A stretch of 64,000 nt of DNA from Eukaryota sp. TZLM1-RC (lineage: Eukaryota > Protista > Metamonada: BaSk clade): positions 682,001 to 746,000 of the forward strand of contig JAUPSS010000005.1 in NCBI GenBank assembly GCA_040285825.1. Direction: 5' to 3'. This document shows, piece after piece, positions 12,725 through 25,466 of this stretch. Under the pieces are notes generated by a model. The model made no database searches and was not told the origin of the DNA. It was given only the letters and a program-made list of their open reading frames with translations. Position numbers and translations under genes: made by a program. How positions within the stretch are numbered: the first letter of the stretch is position 1; the number at the start of each line of letters is the position of its first letter.

Positions 12725-14630
12725 GCGATGGAGGCCCTAAATCTAGTACAATGTTTAATGGGAAAAGAGGAACACCGCCATTATTTTCTATTTACTGCTT
12801 ATAATCATTTTCAACGAAATTTTTCAAGTCCTCATCAATTTAAGCAAGTCTTCCTTCATTGAGTTTAATATTGGGTTTAATGGCCGAAATTCTACTGAGC
12901 AACATTTGAATGTGTTCTACTTCTTTTCGAGTTATAACAGGAAAATGTTGGTCATCTTAAGAAAACAATATGATGTTTTCATTCTCAATCTTTGAACCAA
13001 CTGAGCAAATGTCCCAATCCTCTACGCTTGGCAATAGATTTCAATATGGTTTTGTGAGTAACAAAACAGGTCAAACCACTCTCTTTGATTTAAATAGTAG
13101 AAACAATTATAAGGAAGGAACACTATCTTTGAACGTATAATTGATTGTATCTTGAGGTTTACTTCTGCTTCAATCTTATGCTAAAAGGTTTTTAAATTTC
13201 TCGATGGAGGCCCTAAATCTAGTACAATGTTTAATGGGAAAAGAGGAACACCGCCATTATTTTCTATTTACTGCTTATAATCATTTTCAACGAAATTTTT
13301 CAAGTCCTCATCAATTTAAGCAAGTCTTCCTTCATTGAGTTTAATATTGGGTTTAATGGCCGAAATTCTACTGAGCAACATTTGAATGTGTTCTACTTCT
13401 TTTCGAGTTATAACAGGAAAATGTTGGTCATCTTAAGAAAACAATATGATGTTTTCATTCTCAATCTTTGAACCAACTGAGCAAATGTCCCAATCCTCTA
13501 CGCTTGGCAATAGATTTCAATATGGTTTTGTGAGTAACAAAACAGGTCAAACCACTCTCTTTGATTTAAATAGTAGAAACAATTATAAGGAAGGAACACT
13601 ATCTTTCAACGTATAATTGATTGTATCTTGGGATTTACTTCTGCTTCAATCTTATGCTAAAAGGTTTTTAAATTTATCGATGGAGGCCCTAAATCTAGTA
13701 CAATGTTTAATGGGAAAAGAGGAACACCGCCATTATTTTCTATTTACTGCTTATAATCATTTTCAACGAAATTTTTCAAGTCCTCATCAATTTAAGCAAG
13801 TCTTCCTTCATTGAGTTTAATATTGGATTTAATGGCCGAAATTCTACTGAGCAACATTTGAATGTGTTCTACTTCTTTTCGAGTTATAACAGGAAAATGT
13901 TGGTCATCTTAAGAAAACAATATGATGTTTTCATTCTCAATCTTTGAACCAACTGAGCAAATGTCCCAATCCTCTACGCTTGGCAATAGATTTCAATATG
14001 GTTTTGTGAGTAACAAAACAGGTCAAATCACTCTCTTTGATTTAAATAGTAGAAACAATTATAAGGAAGGAACACTATCTTTGAACGTATAATTGATTGT
14101 ATCTTGAGGTTTACTTCTGCTTCAATCTTATGCTAAAAGGTTTTTAAATTTATCGATGGAGGCCCTAAATCTAGTACAATGTTTAATGGGAAAAGAGGAA
14201 CACCGCCATTATTTTGTATTTACTGCTTATAATCATTTTCAACGAAATTTTTCTAGTCCTCATCAATTGAAGCAAGTCTTCCTTCATTGAGTTTAATATT
14301 GGGTTTAATGGCCGAAATTCTACTGAGCAACATTTGAATGTGTTCTACTTCTTTTCGAGTTATAACAGGAAAATGTTGGTCATCTTAAGAAAACAATATG
14401 ATGTTTTCATTCTCAATCTTTGAACCAACTGAGCAAATGTCCCAATCCTCTACGCTTGGCAATAGATTTCAATATGGTTTTGTGAGTAACAAAACAGGTC
14501 AAACCACTCTCTTTGATTTAAATAGTAGAAACAATTATAAGGAAGGAACACTATCTTTGAACGTATAATTGATTGTATCTTGAGGTTTACTTCTGATTCA
14601 ATCTTATGCTAAAAGGTTTTTAAATTTATC
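12725..14630. repeat. Tandem repeat, 4 near-identical copies of a 476-bp unit
   Basis: GAGGCCCTAAATCTAG recurs at 12731, 13207, 13683 and 14159; only a few substitutions between copies. Confidence 0.95.
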
Positions 14631-15049
14631 ATGAAGATACCCTTTTGATTCATTCAATAAGAACCAAGTGCGTGATTTAAAGAACTCATTCGATTTTGAT
14701 GTAATAAATTTTTTTTGCAAACAAAAATAAATCACAGATAGTAATAACCATTTTTACCGCTTTTTATCATTATTTTTGCCGTTTTTTGTTTTTTTTGTAT
14801 TTCCCACTGGCCTTGGGCTATTTCGGCTGAAGATTAATTTTTTCTATCTTTTACAATTGGTGTCTTTTTGGTGTCTTTTACAATAAACGTACTATAAAAG
14901 TCTTTTGGTGCAAATCCGAGATAAGCTTTTCTACAGATGGTTTCAATTGTAAAGCATCAGTCATAGTGTTGGGTGGCGCACAAGTAAATAGGGGAAAAGT
15001 ACGTTTATTATGCAAATAACACATTATAATAGTTGACACGTCATCATAC

Positions 15050-18000
15050 CTAATGCTTCACTGCCTTTTTTCTTCTTCTTGGAGGTAACTTCAACTTACA
15101 TTGTTTGACATAGTGCAGAAGCTGATCGTTGATACGTGAGCTGTCTCTAAGTGAATCTAGCGGTTCCAATTGGGAGATCCCATTTGCAAAAGTTACGTAG
15201 AACCACAATCCATCTGGTCTTTCTTCATGGCCAGTCACCGCTTGAACTACTGTTTCATTGCGATCGTTAGCGGCTACTTGTCTTGCATGTCCATCTAGGA
15301 TGTTAGGTGTAAATAATGAGAGTTCATGGCCCGACACTTTGTACTCTTCCGGACCAATGATGCTTCTTATGACGTATCCCGAGTTTCCTATTACTTCCTT
15401 TACTTGAAAGGGTCCAGAATGGACTCGTAGCTTATGCGGTTTATCATACAGACGTATGACCAGATCATTAGTTTTGAACCTTGGATGGTCGTGTTGTAAG
15501 TTACGAATAAATCTCTTCTGTATCTCATTGGCTGAGATAACGTTAGCTCGTAGGTCACTATCCAGTTTTTCCAAGTACTTAGCTGCTTTCGTTCTTTTGT
15601 CTAACTTATTGACCTCAGTACAAGAGCTTTTGTGCAGTAGTACATCTAAAGTATTTCGTCGTGGTTGCGTTAGAGATCCGAAATTGAGTTGATGAGGAGT
15701 GAATGAAGTTCTAGAGCAAACAGAGTTGTTCAAAATAAGCTGTATCCTTGCGATCATGTCAGACCATCTTAGTGAGGGGTGCTCAGCTAAAAACTTCTGG
15801 AGTGAATGTCTCTGTTTTTTCGCTCTACAAGTCCATTGCTTTGATGCCAATGTGGATAAGAATGTGTTTGTTCAATTCCCAGACGCTTCGTAAGAATATC
15901 CATTATTTGGTTACAAAACTCTGCACCATTGTCAGAATGAAGTCGTAGTGGTAATCCAAAAATAGAAAAACTGAATTGTAGAGGACGTCAGCTACAACTT
16001 CCGATGACTTGTTCTTCAAAGGGGTTAAGAACGCAAAGCGAGTGAAGGCGTCTACGCAGACCAGAATATACGAATAACCGTGCTCGTCTTTAGGTAATTC
16101 CATAAGATCTATATGTATACATTCAAATGGAAAATCTGAGAATAATGTGCCCGAACTAGTTGTACTTGGTCTTCCATGTTTCTTGGACTTTTGACAAGCA
16201 GCACACTCTTGAACATATTGTTCAACGTCTGACTTCATTGTCTTCCAATGCAAGTTTTTTGACTTTAATTCTGCTAAGGTTCGAGAAGTAGAGGCATGAT
16301 CGGCATGACTAGCTTTCAAGATTTCCCTTCTGAGGTTCTCTGGAACTTCAAGGGTTGGGTTTGTGTTGAGAGATACAAGGAAGTCTTGCAGTGTGACAGG
16401 TGTATATGAAGTCGACGTAAAGCAACGACTTAATGAATCAGAAAGCTCATTGTTTTTACCTTTTAAGTGGAGAATTGAGAATTCATATTGTCCCAGAACA
16501 GGAAGCCAGCGTTGTACCATGGGATTTGAGCTTTTATGAAGGTGAAGTAGATTCTTGTGGTCTGTGAGGATAGTAAATCTTCTGCTGAGTAAGGACTTAG
16601 AAAGTGAACATTGAGTGAGAGTGTTGACGATGGCATAAAGCTCCTTGATGTTTGTAGACCAGTTTTTTTGACTTTTCAAAAACTTTTTGGAGTGAAAACA
16701 CAAAGGAACAAGGTCTTGTTCGTTCTGAGGTATCGAGGGGTCGAAGCTTGTTCTCGACGTCTTGAAAATCGCTCCACCAATTCCTTCATCTGAAGCATCC
16801 GTGATTACAATCAAGTGATCTGAAGGGCTTGGTAGGTTCAGGGGTACAGCTTTTGTTACTGCGTTTTTCAAACGTTGGATGCTGTCCAGGTGATTTTCCG
16901 ACAAATGAAATTTTGCGTCTTTCGCTGTTAAATCATAAAGGGGCGCAGTTATGGAGGCAAAGTGGGGAATGAAATCCCCGCTACAAGTTTACAAGACCTA
17001 ATAGCGAGCGAAGAGTTTTCTTATTGTATGGACGAGGAAACTTTTGTATCGCTTCTACCTTCTCATGATGGATTTTCTTCTGTCCGTCTTCGAACATCAC
17101 ACCTAAGAGAGTAAAGGGGTTGGTTTTGAGTGTTATCAGCGACTTTTTGGCGGACAGTTTTATTCGAGATTTTCGTGCATTATTCAGCGTTTCGTCTAGG
17201 TTTTTGAGGAAATCTTCAAAGTTCTTACCCAATACTATCAAGTCATCGATGTAAATTTCAGTGTTGTCGTTCTTAAATATTCTTGTCATCAAACTCTGAA
17301 ACACGGATGGGAGGTTTTTCAATCCGAACGGTGAGCGAAGGAACTGAACAGATTTTCCGGGTACCGAAAGGGTTGTTTTTGCAATGTCTTCGTTTGCTAC
17401 CGGTAGTTGGTAATAGGCTCGAGGAAGATCAAAGATACCAATATAGTTTGCTTCTTCAATTTTGTTGAAGATCTCTTCAGATGTAGGTAAATCGATGGTT
17501 TCGGATCTTGTTTCTTCATTTAGTTTGTTGTAATCGCCACAGAGTCTGGGTTTCTTGGTGCGATATTCAAGCAGTACAGCAGGAGTTCTGAATTGGCTTG
17601 TGTCTGATTCAGGTGTATAACGAGCAACATCTTTGGAAACCAAGTCATCCAAGATTTCATGTGCGATTTTGAGTTTTCTGGGTGGAAGGAAACGTGGTTT
17701 AGAAGTAATTTTCACCGATTCATCAATAAGTGGAATTGTCGTAGGCGGTGAATCTATACCGAGCTCATGGGAATCACCTTCAAATACTTCAGCGTACTTC
17801 TTAACAATACTTTGTACTACATGTTTTTCTCCTTCAGCTAGGCTAACTGGAATAGTTTCCCAGTCTTGTCGCTGGTCTCTTTCTGGAATACGTTCCTCAT
17901 TGAATGAAGGTGCGGAGGGTACTGTTACATTATCGTCATCAAGATTTGGATCGCTAATTAACGAGAAAAGGTCGTCAGCGGTTTGGATACCAATTTCAAC

Positions 18001-18231
18001 AAGCACATCTCTTACTAAAATTATATCGTAATCGATGTCATGAATGATAGCAATTGTGGATATTTCGACAGGAAAGTGAGTTTGAATGACGAAGGAGACT
18101 TGAGATTCATAGTGGGCTTGAGAAGTGGAGTTGATGCCTTTTACGAAGCAAGTTATCGGTCTGGTCTTTAAGCGAAGTTCAGATACAAGTTTCGGTGAGA
18201 TATAAGTTCTATCCGAACCCGTGTCAAGCAA
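15050..18231 (-). pseudogene. pol (protease-RT-RNase H-integrase-chromo-like) split into three ORFs
   Basis: ORFs 16981-18231, 15903-16904 and 15050-15850 in Gypsy domain order; final stop codon lies inside the 3' LTR. Confidence 0.9.
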
Positions 18232-18569
18232 ACTATTAACAGTTTTAGAGTGTATAGTAACCGGAACAGTAAAGGGTTCGTTTTTTCTTGAGGCAGAGGC
18301 TGAGTAATTTACGGTGTTTATTACTGGAGCAGTTTCATTGTAAGAGCGATGTCGAGGTGGTTTTGAGTTACCGTTCCTTAAACCAACATTCAGATGGTAG
18401 ATGGCCCTTTTTCTTACAGATGTTGCAGAATTTTGAGGTTCTTGATGATTTTTGGTCAGTTTCGGAATTCCTTGTTTCGGAACTGCTTGTGTTCCTTTTG
18501 GGGGCTTTAGATGGATTCATCAAAAAGGGTTGAGCATCAATGATTCGACCATATTCGGCGATGGTTTTC

Positions 18570-19241
18570 TTAAAAAACTGTTTCGAAGTCCTTGCATTGG
18601 GCAGACTTGGCCTCGATACGGAGCAGTAATGCTTGAGTGAATTGCTGATTTCTTAAGCCTTTGGCAAATCGGGTCATGAAGTAGTCGTCTTGTAATTCAA
18701 GTAAGGAGCATCTTCTTTTCAACATGAGAAAGTTTGAAGCATACATAACAAGGTCTTCTCGTTTGGGTATTTCTTCGGAGCTCTTCGTGATGTAGGTGGC
18801 CTTCAGAGTCCTATGGGCTTCTTCGACTTTTTTAAACTTCGTTTTCTTGACTAGGAAATCGAATATGCTTCTTTGCGATTTCAATGCTTTCCGATGGAAG
18901 GTGTAAATATAGTTTAGTACGCCTTTCGACAGGTGACGTGTAAGGTTCAGTCCCTTGGGGTAGGTCTCATCAGAGGCATTAAATACTAGTTCTTCTGATT
19001 CAGAGAGACCCGCTTCGTCTTCAGTCTCTGAGCCATCGTTGGATTCATCGGAGGTGAAAGCAGCGTCTTCCACTTCTTCTTCTTCTTGGTTTTCGTCTTC
19101 TCGGTTTGAGACCTTGAGACGTTCAATACTATATGTGAAGAGAAGTTGGTCCAAGAACCATGCGATTTTGTCGGCGTCCTCGAGCGAGTTGAGCCGAAGT
19201 TCCTCTCCTTTGTTTGGAGAACGAGAGAACAATGAATTCAT
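18570..19241 (-). pseudogene. gag N-terminal part of the 14967-19335 element
   Basis: ATG immediately follows the 5' LTR; FAKGL gag motif; frameshift before the Zn knuckle. Confidence 0.85.
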
Positions 19242-19335
19242 TGTTGGGTGGCGTACATGTAAATAGGGGAAAAGTACGTTTATTATGCAAATAACACATT
19301 ATAATAGTTGACACGTCATCATACCTAATGCTTCA

Positions 19336-19790
19336 ATAGAACCTTTTAAGTTATGAATGTCTTGTGCAACAATACAGCAGTTTGAATCCTTCAGTTTTAA
19401 GCAGTCGACTATTTGGTCAGCAGAATTCCATGATTGAATCATGTACACTGCTAACTCCCCGAGTTCAGCACTAAAAGTAGAGCGTCTATAATGAGGGTAT
19501 ATGGACACGTTGTGTGACGGGTAATGATTGTGTTCAAGCACAGAAGTCTTTTGGTCTATGCACCATTCTGGATAAGGACTCTCCTTTCTTTGTCTCAGTA
19601 TCAGAATAAAAAACAATTGTTGTCGTAAGAACTATGCTGACGTAAAGTTGCTGTGGACTGAACGTTTGCTGCACTGTGCACACGAGCAAACTTTATGTAC
19701 GAACATGTACTAGTATACTTCGATCTCAAAACACTAATTGCATAACCCTGTTTAAAAGCCGATGCTTTCAAAAGTGTAACATATGGGTCG
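19336..19790 (-). mobile_element. Mutator/MULE transposase N-terminal remnant interrupted by the LTR element; continues at 14880-14966
   Basis: FAR1-like GYAISVLRS...NC, W.I....EHNH and QDIHNLKGS; frame continues across the ATAG TSD as MTDALQLKPSVEKLISDL. Confidence 0.55.
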
Positions 19791-19794
19791 ACAT

Positions 19795-20226
19795 TAGACT
19801 TGTCATTTGACCCGTCGTGACGTAACGTGACGTTCGACGGATATCTAAACTCCTTTTAATAATGTACTATTTGAAGTTGAAGATTACAAAAGTTATCTTT
19901 ATTGTTCAACCACAAGGTACATATAAACTACAACAAATTAGAACTAAATCCATAATTCAAAATCTTCACACATATTGTCCTGGTTCTCTTCTTCCACCAC
20001 AAGCACTGGTTCATCACTACTATATGATAATGCAACCGCAATGACACATTCAACAGCCTTCTTCCTCCAAGATTCTAAGCATAACACAGCTTGTACACTT
20101 TCTGCAAACAACAAAGATCTCTTTTTGTTCACAACCAGTCCGGCAAAAAGTTGCTCACACGGAACAGACGTTGCTTGGGCAGTCATCACATCTAGAGCCA
20201 AATGAGCTAACTTGGGGTATCTGTTC
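19795..20226 (-). mobile_element. hAT transposon 3' remnant (dimerization domain and terminus)
   Basis: RYPKLAHLALDVMTAQATSVPCEQLF...KRSLL...VQAVLCLESW; TAGACTTGTC-like end with TGACG subterminal repeats. Confidence 0.7.
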
Positions 20227-21183
20227 TGTAGGTTAAGTGTACAACTTGATAAAGTAAAGGAAGATTTATGATAAAACTGAATCTGCGAATCTATTTCAAA
20301 TACACCACAACACTGCTTCTTCTCAGTTTTTTTGACTTCACGAAAGTGGGTTGAGCATCCAACTGGGAGCTTGACAATCAGAGATGTTGTTGATCTGTTC
20401 AGTCTTCATGGGCTTATTGGGGCATGCTGAAGCAAAATGTTCAGACTTCTGGCACCTAAAACACAACTTGCGTTTTACGGATTCGTTGCGGCGGGCAGTT
20501 TTCAATGGAGGAATGACATCGTCCCTCTTGTGCTCAGTTTGCTTACTCCAATGCTGGGTGCGCTCCCAGTCTATCAAGTCCGCAGTCGTGGCTTCAACCA
20601 AGTCGGAAAGAGAGGTGATAAGCTCATCTTTCACACGGAGATAAAGAGAACGTGAAAGGACAGTAGGAACTACACCCTTGCAGAAATGGCAAAGGAGCGA
20701 AGTTGATGGTATTTCAAACAGAGATGCTTTCCCTTTAATAGCCAGGAATCCGCGTACATAGTCATGGACTCTGGCTCTTGCTTCTTTAATGGAGGAATCC
20801 ATTTGGAGTCGGTCAAACGCGGCATAAGCTTCTTCAATAGAAGGATAACCTCTGGAAACTTCAAGGAACTTCAGCAATTCGGCATCAGATCTCTTGATGG
20901 AGTCGCTACAGATAGCAAAACTTTCCAACAAAAACGAATCAATGCATGATCTCATCGGTACCGCATCCTTCGTTCCGACCCTCAGCTTGTATACAGAGTA
21001 TTCGTGCAGGAACGTTGCAATACTCTCGGTATCGGCTTTGGTCAACTCAGGAATACAGTGGTTGGATTGATGGTGTTTCATCAGTCTGCGATGGAGATAC
21101 GGGGGGGGATACAACAGTATACTGTAACGTTACTGTAGGTTAAGCGTACACACCTGATAAAGTAAAGGAAGATTTATGATAAA
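20227..21183 (-). mobile_element. gag-only (non-autonomous, TR-GAG-like) LTR retrotransposon; its 5' LTR is interrupted by a hAT end
   Basis: 86-bp 3' LTR 20227-20312 preceded by PPT GAGAAGAAGCAG; partial 5' LTR 21134-21183; only gag lies between them. Confidence 0.85.
20338..21114 (-). CDS. Gag protein with CCHC knuckle
   Basis: FCKG motif and CFRCQKSEHFASAC; ORF-track start is TTG, first ATG at MKHHQ; stop about 25 bp before the LTR. Confidence 0.85.
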   Translation of the reverse strand: MYPPPYLHRRLMKHHQSNHCIPELTKADTESIATFLHEYSVYKLRVGTKDAVPMRSCIDSFLLESFAICSDSIKRSDAELLKFLEVSRGYPSIEEAYAAFDRLQMDSSIKEARARVHDYVRGFLAIKGKASLFEIPSTSLLCHFCKGVVPTVLSRSLYLRVKDELITSLSDLVEATTADLIDWERTQHWSKQTEHKRDDVIPPLKTARRNESVKRKLCFRCQKSEHFASACPNKPMKTEQINNISDCQAPSWMLNPLS

Positions 21184-21356
21184 CAGAGTTGCAACCCCAA
21201 CGAAAATGCGTTTTTTTCGTCAGGGCTGCGTTTATTTCAAATGAATATTCTAATTTGGATGAAATTCTGTACTATATGTAACAAATAAACACATTGTAAC
21301 TATAATTTATTGTAAAACTAAAACACCAACAATAGATCAGTTCATTGCCTTAGAAA

Positions 21357-22139
21357 CTAGGACTCCCAATCTTCTTCTTCTAACAGCTGACAGCAAACAT
21401 TCAATATTTCGAAACAATCTTCCGTCTTGTTGTCTTCTTCAGAATCTTCTTCTGGACGACAACTTGCCAGGAAATCATACACTGCTATTAATTTGTTTAC
21501 ACGCTCTTCAGTGAGTCTATTTCTACGCTTAGAATGAATCCAATCATGTAGACTCCACAATCTCTCAACTGCAGAAGCAGACACAAATTGGGACACCACT
21601 TGTAATGCCAATTTATGAAGCTCAGGTGCGTCATAACCAAACTGCTGCCACCAGATCATAGCATTAAAATTTTCTTTCTCTCTTCCTGCTAATGATAAGG
21701 GCCTTCCAAAACTTGTGTGATTATTGAATCTTTGAAAAACAGAAAATTGACGCAGTAAATCTAGTGCCTTATCACTGTCGTAACTGGTATTTTTTAACAC
21801 AAAATCTTGAAACTTACTTATATCAAATAACCGTTCAGCAAAATTGAGTCTTTCAGGAAGATAATTTTTTTGGTTTAGCATCGCAGAAGCAACGTATAAA
21901 TCGGTTATTAATTGACTGGTTCGGTCATCAAACGATGCAATGATGAGATTCTTCCTCTCATCGGTGATAATGCATGATCTCATCGGTACCGCATCCTTCG
22001 TTCCGACCCTCAGCTTGTATACAGAGTATTCGTGCAGGAACGTTGCAATACTCTCGGTATCGGCTTTGGTCAACTCAGGAATACAGTGGTTGGATTGATG
22101 GTGTTTCATCAGTCTGCGATGGAGATACGGGGGATACAA
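21357..22139 (-). CDS. Chimeric Gag N-terminus::hAT C-terminal dimerization-domain ORF (intact copy)
   Basis: ...GTKDAVPMRSCI (gag) joined in frame to ITDERKNL...WWQQFG...SASAVERLWS...KRRNRL (hAT). Confidence 0.7.
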   Translation of the reverse strand: MYPPYLHRRLMKHHQSNHCIPELTKADTESIATFLHEYSVYKLRVGTKDAVPMRSCIITDERKNLIIASFDDRTSQLITDLYVASAMLNQKNYLPERLNFAERLFDISKFQDFVLKNTSYDSDKALDLLRQFSVFQRFNNHTSFGRPLSLAGREKENFNAMIWWQQFGYDAPELHKLALQVVSQFVSASAVERLWSLHDWIHSKRRNRLTEERVNKLIAVYDFLASCRPEEDSEEDNKTEDCFEILNVCCQLLEEEDWES

Positions 22140-24442
22140 CAGTATACAGTAACGTTACTGTAGGTTAAGCGTACACACCTGATAAAGTAAAGGAAGATTT
22201 ATGATAAACAGAGTTGCACCCCCAACGAAATTGCGTCTTTTCGTCAGGGCTGCGTTTATATCAAATGAATATTCTAATTTGGATGAAATTCTGTACTATA
22301 TGTAGCAAACAAACACATTGTAACTATAATTTATTGTAAAACTAAAACACCAACAATAGATCAGTTCATTGCCTTAGAAACTAGGACTCTCAATCTTCTT
22401 CTTCTAACAGCTGACAGCAAACATTCAATATTTCGAAACAATCTTCCGTCTTGTTGTCTTCTTCAGAATCTTCTTCTGGACGACAACTTGCCAGGAAATC
22501 ATACACTGCTATTAATTTGTTTACACGCTCTTCAGTGAGTCTATTTCTACGCTTAGAATGAATCCAATCATGTAGACTCCACAATCTCTCAACGGCAGAA
22601 GCAGACACAAATTGGGACACCACTTGTAATGCCAATTTTTGAAGCTCAGGTGCGTCATAACCAAACTGCTGCCACCAGATCATAGCATTAAAATTTTCTT
22701 TCTCTCTTCCTGCTAATGATAAGGGCCTTCCAAAACTTGTGTGATTATTGAATCTTTGAAAAACAGAAAATTGACGCAGTAAATCTAGTGCCATATCACT
22801 GTCGTAACTGGTATTTTTTAACACAAAATCTTGAAACTTACTTATATCAAATAACCGTTCAGCAAAATTGAGTCTTTCAGGAAGATAATTTTTTGGGTTT
22901 AGCATCGCAGAAGCAACGTATAAATCGGTTATTAATTGACTGGTTCAGTCATAAAACGATGCAATGATGAGATTCTTCCTCTCATCGGTGATAATGCATG
23001 ATCTCATCGGTACCGCATCCTTCGTTCCGACCCTCAGCTTGTATACAGAGTATTCGTGCAGGAACGTTGCAATACTCTCGGTATCGGCTTTGGTCAACTC
23101 AGGAATACAGTGGTTGGATTGATGGTGTTTCATCAGTCTGCGATGGAGATACGGGGGATACAACAGTATACAGTAACGTTACTGTAGGTTAAGCGTACAC
23201 ACCTGATAAAGTAAAGGAAGATTTATGATAAACAGAGTTGCACCCCCAACGAAAATGCGTTTTTTTCGTCAGGGCTGCGTTTATATCAAATGAATATTCT
23301 AATTTGGATGAAATTCTGTACTATATGTAACAAATAAACACATTGTAACTATAATTTATTGTAAAACTAAAACACCAACAATAGATCAGTTCATTGCCTT
23401 AGAAACTAGGACTCCCAATCTTCTTCTTCTAACAGCTGACAGCAAACATTCAATATTTCGAAACAATCTTCCGTCTTGTTGTCTTCTTCAGAATCTTCTT
23501 CTGGACGACAACTTGCCAGGAAATCATACACTGCTATTAATTTGTTTACACGCTCTTCAGTGAGTCTATTTCTACGCTTAGAATGAATCCAATCATGTAG
23601 ACTCCACAATCTCTCAACTGCAGAAGCAGACACAAATTGGGACACCACTTGTAATGCCAATTTTTGAAGCTCAGGTGCGTCATAACCAAACTGCTGCCAC
23701 CAGATCATAGCATTAAAATTTTCTTTCTCTTTTCCTGCTAATGATAAGGGCCTTCCAAAACTTGTGTGACTATTGAATCTTTGAAAAACAGAAAATTGAC
23801 GCAGTAAATCTAGTGCCATATCACTGTCGTAACTGGTATTTTTTAACACAAAATCTTGAAACTTACTTATATCAAATAACCGTTCAGCAAAATTGAGTCT
23901 TTCAGGAAGATAATTTTTTGGGTTTAGCATCGCAGAAGCAACGTATAAATCGGTTATTAATTGACTGGTTCAGTCATAAAACGATGCAATGATGAGATTC
24001 TTCCTCTCATCGGTGATAATGCATGATCTCTCAAGGGTACCGCATCCTTCGTTCCGACCCTCAGCTTGTATACAGAGTATTTGTGCAGGAACGTTGCAAT
24101 ACTCTCGGTATCGGCTTTGGTCAACTCAGGAATACAGTGGTTGGATTGATGGTGTTTCATCAGTCTGCGATGGAGATACGGGGGATACAACAGTATACAG
24201 TAACGTTACTGTAGGTTAAGCGTACACACCTGATAAAGTAAAGGAAGATTTATGATAAACAGAGTTGCACCCCCAACGAAAATGCGTTTTTTTCGTCAGG
24301 GCTGCGTTTATATCAAATGAATATTCTAATTTGGATGAAATTCTGTACTATATGTAACAAATAAACACATTGTAACTATAATTTATTGTAAAACTAAAAA
24401 CACCAACAATAGATCAGTTCATTGCCTTAGAAACTAGGACTC

Positions 24443-25186
24443 TCAATCTTCTTCTTCTAACAGCTGACAGCAAACATTCAAAATTTCGAAACAATCTTCC
24501 GTCTTGTTGTCTTCTTCAGAATCTTCTTCTGGACGACAACTTGCCAGGAAATCATACACTGCTATTAATTTGTTTACACGCTCTTCAGTGAGTCTATTTC
24601 TACGCTTAGAATGAATCCAATCATGTAGACTCCACAATCTCTCAACTGCAGAAGCAGACACAAATTGGGACACCACTTGTAATGCCAATTTTTGAAGCTC
24701 AGGTGCGTCATAACCAAACTGCTGCCACCAGATCATAGCATTAAAATTTTCTTTCTCTCTTCCTGCTAATGATAAGGGCCTTCCAAAACTTGTGTGATTA
24801 TTGAATCTTTGAAAAACAGAAAATTGACGCAGTAAATCTAGTGCCTTATCACTGTCGTAACTGGTATTTTTTAACACAAAATCTTGAAACTTACTTATAT
24901 CAAATAACCGTTCAGCAAAATTGAGTCTTTCAGGAAGATAATTTTTTGGGTTTAGCATCGCAGAAGCAACGTATAAATCGGTTATTAATTGACTGGTTCG
25001 GTCATCAAACGATGCAATGATGAGATTCTTCCTCTCATCGGTGATAATGCATGATCTCATCGGTACCGCATCCTTCGTTCCGACCCTCAGCTTGTATACA
25101 GAGTATTCGTGCAGGAACGTTGCAATACTCTCGGTATCGGCTTTGGTCAACTCAGGAATACAGTGGTTGGATTGATGGTGTTTCAT
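24443..25186 (-). CDS. Chimeric Gag::hAT ORF (intact copy)
   Basis: Same in-frame fusion, 247 aa from ATG. Confidence 0.7.
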   Translation of the reverse strand: MKHHQSNHCIPELTKADTESIATFLHEYSVYKLRVGTKDAVPMRSCIITDERKNLIIASFDDRTSQLITDLYVASAMLNPKNYLPERLNFAERLFDISKFQDFVLKNTSYDSDKALDLLRQFSVFQRFNNHTSFGRPLSLAGREKENFNAMIWWQQFGYDAPELQKLALQVVSQFVSASAVERLWSLHDWIHSKRRNRLTEERVNKLIAVYDFLASCRPEEDSEEDNKTEDCFEILNVCCQLLEEED

Positions 25187-25466
25187 CAGTCTGCGATGGA
25201 GATACGGGGGGGGGGGGGATACAACAGTATACAGTAACGTTACTGTAGGTTAAGCGTACACACCTGATAAAGTAAAGGAAGATTTATGATAAACAGAGTT
25301 GCACCCCCAACGAAAATGCGTTTTTTTCGTCAGGGCTGCGTTTATATCAAATGAATATTCTAATTTGGATGAAATTCTGTACTATATGTAACAAATAAAC
25401 ACATTGTAACTATAATTTATTGTAAAACTAAAACACCAACAATAGATCAGTTCATTGCCTTAGAAA

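Larger units (their letters stand above)
14967..19335 (-). mobile_element. Full-length Ty3/Gypsy (chromovirus-like) LTR retrotransposon, frameshifted
   Basis: 94-bp LTRs at 14967-15060 and 19242-19335 (TG...CA, 2 mismatches); 4-bp TSD ATAG; PPT next to 3' LTR; gag, CNICKKKGHLPSEC knuckle, protease LDTGS, RT YIDD, RNase H TDASD..KELYA..TDHKNL, integrase H-H-C-C/DDE, chromo-like tail. Confidence 0.95.

Noticed and set aside
12560-14630. In-frame TAA codons suggesting TAA/TAG=Gln recoding
   Set aside because: DMC1 ends at TAG and beta5 at TAA at the expected positions, and long intact ORFs have no internal TAR; these are decay mutations.
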